Source: Azolla caroliniana (taxonomy: Eukaryota > Plantae > Polypodiophyta). From it: DNA of 64,000 bases. Shown here piece by piece: positions 59,785 through 64,000 of this stretch. The notes below the pieces were generated by a model. It worked only from the letters and a program-made list of their open reading frames with translations. It was not told the origin of the DNA and ran no database searches. Each line of letters opens with the position of its first letter. The stretch's first letter is position 1. Made by a program: the position numbers and the translations under genes. Where the stretch lies: assembly GCA_043228905.1 (NCBI GenBank), contig JBHGNT010000001.1:30690001-30754000 (forward strand), written 5' to 3'.

Positions 59785-62700
59785 TGATGGGTAGAATGGG
59801 AGTGAAAGATGCTTGGTATGTACTAAAAAAACCTCGGAGCTTGCTAAGCTTCTCAAGGGCATACTTCAATATAAATGGCTTTTGTATGTCTCACATAGAC
59901 AGAATATACATAAGCTCGGACCTAGAAAGATATGGCAACAATGTTGAAATCATCGCAGGTTCGGCATACGCTGATCATATGCCGGTTAAGATTACACCTG
60001 TCAATCGGAGGAGGCAAAAAAGGGATTGCAACCTGAGGATCAACAATAAACTTTTTGAGGATGCGGAGGTGGGAAGGAAGATAAGGAGTATATGGGAAAG
60101 TAATCCAACTGGTTGTGGTGCACTTGATAAACTTCGAGAAAAGATTATTGAAACTTCAATGTATTTGCGTGAAGAGACTAAAAATATAATTGTGAGGTCT
60201 AAGGAAAGAGAAGTGAGATTAAGAAGATCAATAGCTGCTGCCCAAAGAATGCTTCAGAGAAATCCCAAGTGTTATTGGTCTAGAGTAGGTATTGAGTCTG
60301 CTAAAGAAACACTACAACGGTTGATTGTGTCTAGAAACAAGATGTTATTCTGGAGTTCAACATCACCAACAATTTTTTAAGTAAACAAAGCCGAGAGCAA
60401 ATGATAGATATAATCCTAAGTTGATTAAGGAGGATGGTTCATTGTCGGAGGACGGTTTAGAGATCATGGAGGCGGTCACAACTCACTATAGTGGGCTACT
60501 CTCATCTAGTTATAGTATCCCCGAACAACCTTCACTACTAGAACTTTTACTGGAGGGAATGCAACAAAGAATTTTAGAGGTTGCACAAGCTAATTTGTCA
60601 AGGCCACTCTTGGAAGAGGAGGTGTCAAATGCTTTGGCGGGTATATGTAGAACGTCTTGTACAGGTGTCGATGGATTATCAAGAGATTTGTTTGTCATTT
60701 TTTGGGAGGTGATTAAGGTTGACTTGGTTGCTAGTCTAAATGAGGCATGGGATGTTGGGTGCTTACCTGAGCATTTTAAAGAGGGGCTGATATTTCTAAT
60801 TCCTAAGGTACGTGGTATAATAACTTATGTGAGGCAATGGAGACCGATCACATTGCTCAACACAATCTATAAGATTTTTGCTAATATTATGACCAAGAGG
60901 GTCAAACCCCACTTGCATGCACTAATTAATGTTGGACAAATAGGATTCATGGAAAATAATATGTATAATTGATAATGTGTTGACCTTTTGGGAGGCGATT
61001 GCCTTGGCAAAGAAAACCAATCAACGTATTGCATGTCTCATGCTTGATTTAGAGAAGGCATATGACACAGTACAATGGCTTTTTTTAGACAAAGTCATGG
61101 AGAGATTGGGACTACCCTCAAAATGGAGATCACATGCGTTGGCCCTTTACAAAGGAAGCTTGAGTAGGGTGTTGGTGTTAGGGCATTGGGGCCCACCAAT
61201 TCCATTATGCGGGTATGTCAGGCAGGGGTGCCCATTGCCCCCCTATCTTTATTTATTAATTTCAGAGGCATTCTCTTTCTTTTTAAACAGACCAGATGTA
61301 GGAATAAGGGGATTAGTTGTCCCGCATGCGTGCAAGGATTTGTTGGACTCAACGTATGCAGATGACATTATGCTCTATTTGCAAGGCAATGATGCTAATT
61401 TACAGCAGGCCGAAAGACGGATTGAGATGTTTTGTAAAGCATCAGGAGGGAAAATTAATTGCAACAAAAGCAAAGGGTTCTAAGTAAGTCCAAACCCATG
61501 GCCGCTTTCATGCCCTAATGCTGATTTTCAATGGGTCCCCAATGGAATGACTGTTAAATATCTGGGCTTTTTGGTGGGAGTTGAGGTTCAAAAAAATCAC
61601 AAGCTTGAGCAAGTGAAAGACAAAATCAGAAAAAAGCTTCAATTATGGGCATCAATAAAGCTTTCCCTTGTAGGTAGAGTGGTTGTGGTAAACCACATTT
61701 TGCTAACCACCATATGGCACTCGTTGGCATGTTGGATGTTAGACAAAGCTTGCATCAAAAACATCAAGGCAATGGTGAGAGGGTTCCTTTGGTCGGGTAG
61801 AGACCATGAGATAGTGTCAGCTAAAGTGGCGTAGAGTTGTTTGATCAAGGTGAAAAATCAGGGTGGGCTTGGGTTGGTGGAGCCTGTTCACCAAAGTAAG
61901 GCTTTACTTGGTAAGCTCCTGGTGCGAAGTTTACAACCTGGACCAGAATTGTGGAAGTTGCTTCTTAGGGACAAAGCTAAACTTTGGTGCCCGAGGAATG
62001 ATAGCCCTTGGAAGGCAAATAAGTGGTGGTTGTTTAGTCCAGGCCTAAAGTTAAAAGAACCGACTAGCATGGAGGATAGGGTGGCCCGCACCATAATGAG
62101 GGCATGGTCAAGTTTAAGAGAAGGGTTGGCCTTAATGCAGCCAAAAACGATGGACCAACAACTCTGACAACTAATGTTTTGGAACCCTAGGATTAGAAGC
62201 GAAGATGGTATGATGCTTAGATAGAAAAAAGACTTGCCATGGGGGAAGATGTTAGAGTACAATGTTAGTTCAGTAAGAGACTAGGGGGTTTTCAAAATGA
62301 AGAGGAGGGAGGGTCAGGCTAGAAAAGGTGACCTAGTTGATAGATAAGGTTGTTGATGGTCTAACTAGGTTGAATGAAGAAGAGGGGGTGTGGTTTAATG
62401 GTTTGTAGGTGAGGGTGATGCACAAATTATCCGTGGCAGGTGCCCATCCAATGAGTATTGTTTGTGGGGCAACCTAAGTACTTTGACAGACAATGGTTAG
62501 TGGTTGGTAGTGCAGGTGGCAATGCTGGAAGGTAAGAAGTGGCAAGTAAACCCTAACCCTGGGAAGTTGGAAACTGATTGTAAACTTTGGACATTTGACA
62601 ACAAGACCTTATGTGATTTGGAGTGGGATCCACTAGAGGTATGGTGGCAGAAACCGGGAACGAACAAACTTGAATGGTTTTTTGAGTACAATACTAAGCT

Positions 62701-63742
62701 TGGAAGGCAAATCATTGGCTCCAAATCAATGGGTGCTGCTCAAACTCGCAATAGTTGGAGGGATAAAGGCATATCTAATGACTTGTTGAAGTCATTTTGG
62801 AAGAGACTATGGGCATTCGATATGCCAGAAAAAATAAAGCTTTGGTTGTGGTTTCTTAGCCATAAGGCGGTACCTGTGGGGGACTGACTGAGGTGTCGTG
62901 GTGGGGAGGTTGGTTGCAAGATATGTGGACACTCTTTGGAATCGATCCCTCACTATTTTTGGAATTGTGTAGAGGCGATTAACATTTGGGGTAGAAGTCC
63001 CAAGATCGTGGCAACATGCGATGTGAATGGGAGAGTTGTATGGGGGTCCTTACAAGGGCTGAATTTAACAGGGGAAGGTTGGGTGGAAGAATTAAACCCC
63101 CATGGTCATGGATTTATAGTGCAGGGTGGCAATGCGTTTCAATGTGCTGGACTTCGACCTGGCACAAACTCTGCATTTTTTGAGGAGATATTGATGATGG
63201 TGGCTTGCTTATTGGTCTGGCACATTTGGACCAGGCGTTGTAAGTTTGTTTTTCAACAACAAAAGCTTCCAAGCAGTGAGGTGTTGTTAAACATCTGGTT
63301 CGAGGTGGTATCTTGGTTGCGGGGACGGTATGACTCGATTTGGGGGGAATCGAATGAAGCAGAAAGAGCTCGGTCAAAGTTTCTGCTAAAATGGGGCAAT
63401 TCTCCTATGGTGGTCAGATCATCATCATGGCCTAAATGGAACTGCCAAGCACCCATATGGCTTTTTCCGCCAATGGCTTCCATTAGTGACCAGGAGTTGT
63501 AATATGTATAGCTATGTTATAAGTTAATTACCATGTTAAAAGAGTTGTTGGGATACTTTTGTTGTAAATGAGGGGTTGGGGACTATGATCACTTTGGTGA
63601 GAAGGCTAGAGTGAGTTTTGCGATGATCTTTGATGTACTTTGTTTGCTAAGTGATGTAGTCCATATGGAAGTAGGTAATGTCTAAAGTTGTGTATTGTAT
63701 GTCATTTTAAGTAATGGAGTATATTCTTCTTTGGAAAAAAAG
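59785..63742 (+). mobile_element. 5'-truncated L1-clade LINE ORF2 (endonuclease C-terminus, RT, zf-RVT), pseudogenised, with short A tail
   Basis: SHIDRIY and ADHMPV (endonuclease); WRPITLLN, DLEKAYD, RQGCP, YADD and KYLG (RT); CKICG...ESIPHYFWNC; terminal APIWLFPP; many stops; A run near 63735. Confidence 0.92.
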
Positions 63743-64000
63743 GTGTTATTTCATGTAATGGCACATAATATACATGTTTTGCTTTATGAAAATTTGAGTA
63801 CATTCAAGGGCGTCACTTGAAACAACTTTCTTTTCCCAAAACATGAAACAACTTATTATAGCTGATGTTTGGTACATTCAAATGATACTAATGAGTTGTT
63901 ATTTACTCCAAGTCAACCCATAATTTCTTATTACCAAAAGTGTGAATGTTATGCTACTTGGATTTACATTATGAGAGGTTATAAATTGAAGATTCTCTTT

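Overview
Eukaryotic, intron-containing plant nuclear DNA. The style of the PLS-class PPR genes, the LINEs and the Gypsy element suggests a non-seed plant, most likely a fern (inference). The first ~45 kb is gene-dense: a CER16/Aven-like gene (-), LPAT4/5 acyltransferase (-), PTST1-like coiled-coil/CBM48 gene (+), two intronless PLS-E PPR genes (+; the first broken by one in-frame TAG), a type-I DnaJ ending in CAQQ (-), a small conserved membrane protein (-) and a DUF863-like gene (-). The last ~19 kb is transposon-rich. It holds a very young, intact, GC-rich Ty3/Gypsy element (49209-56368: 715-bp LTRs with 2 differences seen, GCGT TSD, tRNA-Trp PBS, no chromodomain), four decayed LINE pieces and PPR debris. 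Main observations: a likely programmed -1 frameshift (G_GAU_UUU plus stem/pseudoknot) placed between Gag-protease and RT; three ERSE-like elements upstream of LPAT4/5; a probable GC-AG intron in PTST1; a tandem duplication that copies a 3' splice site; two convergent tRNA-like SINE heads; and PPR fragments downstream of LINE 3' ends. I found no wholly new biological system that I can demonstrate from sequence alone. Exon boundaries were inferred by eye from splice signals, reading frame and remembered homologue motifs.
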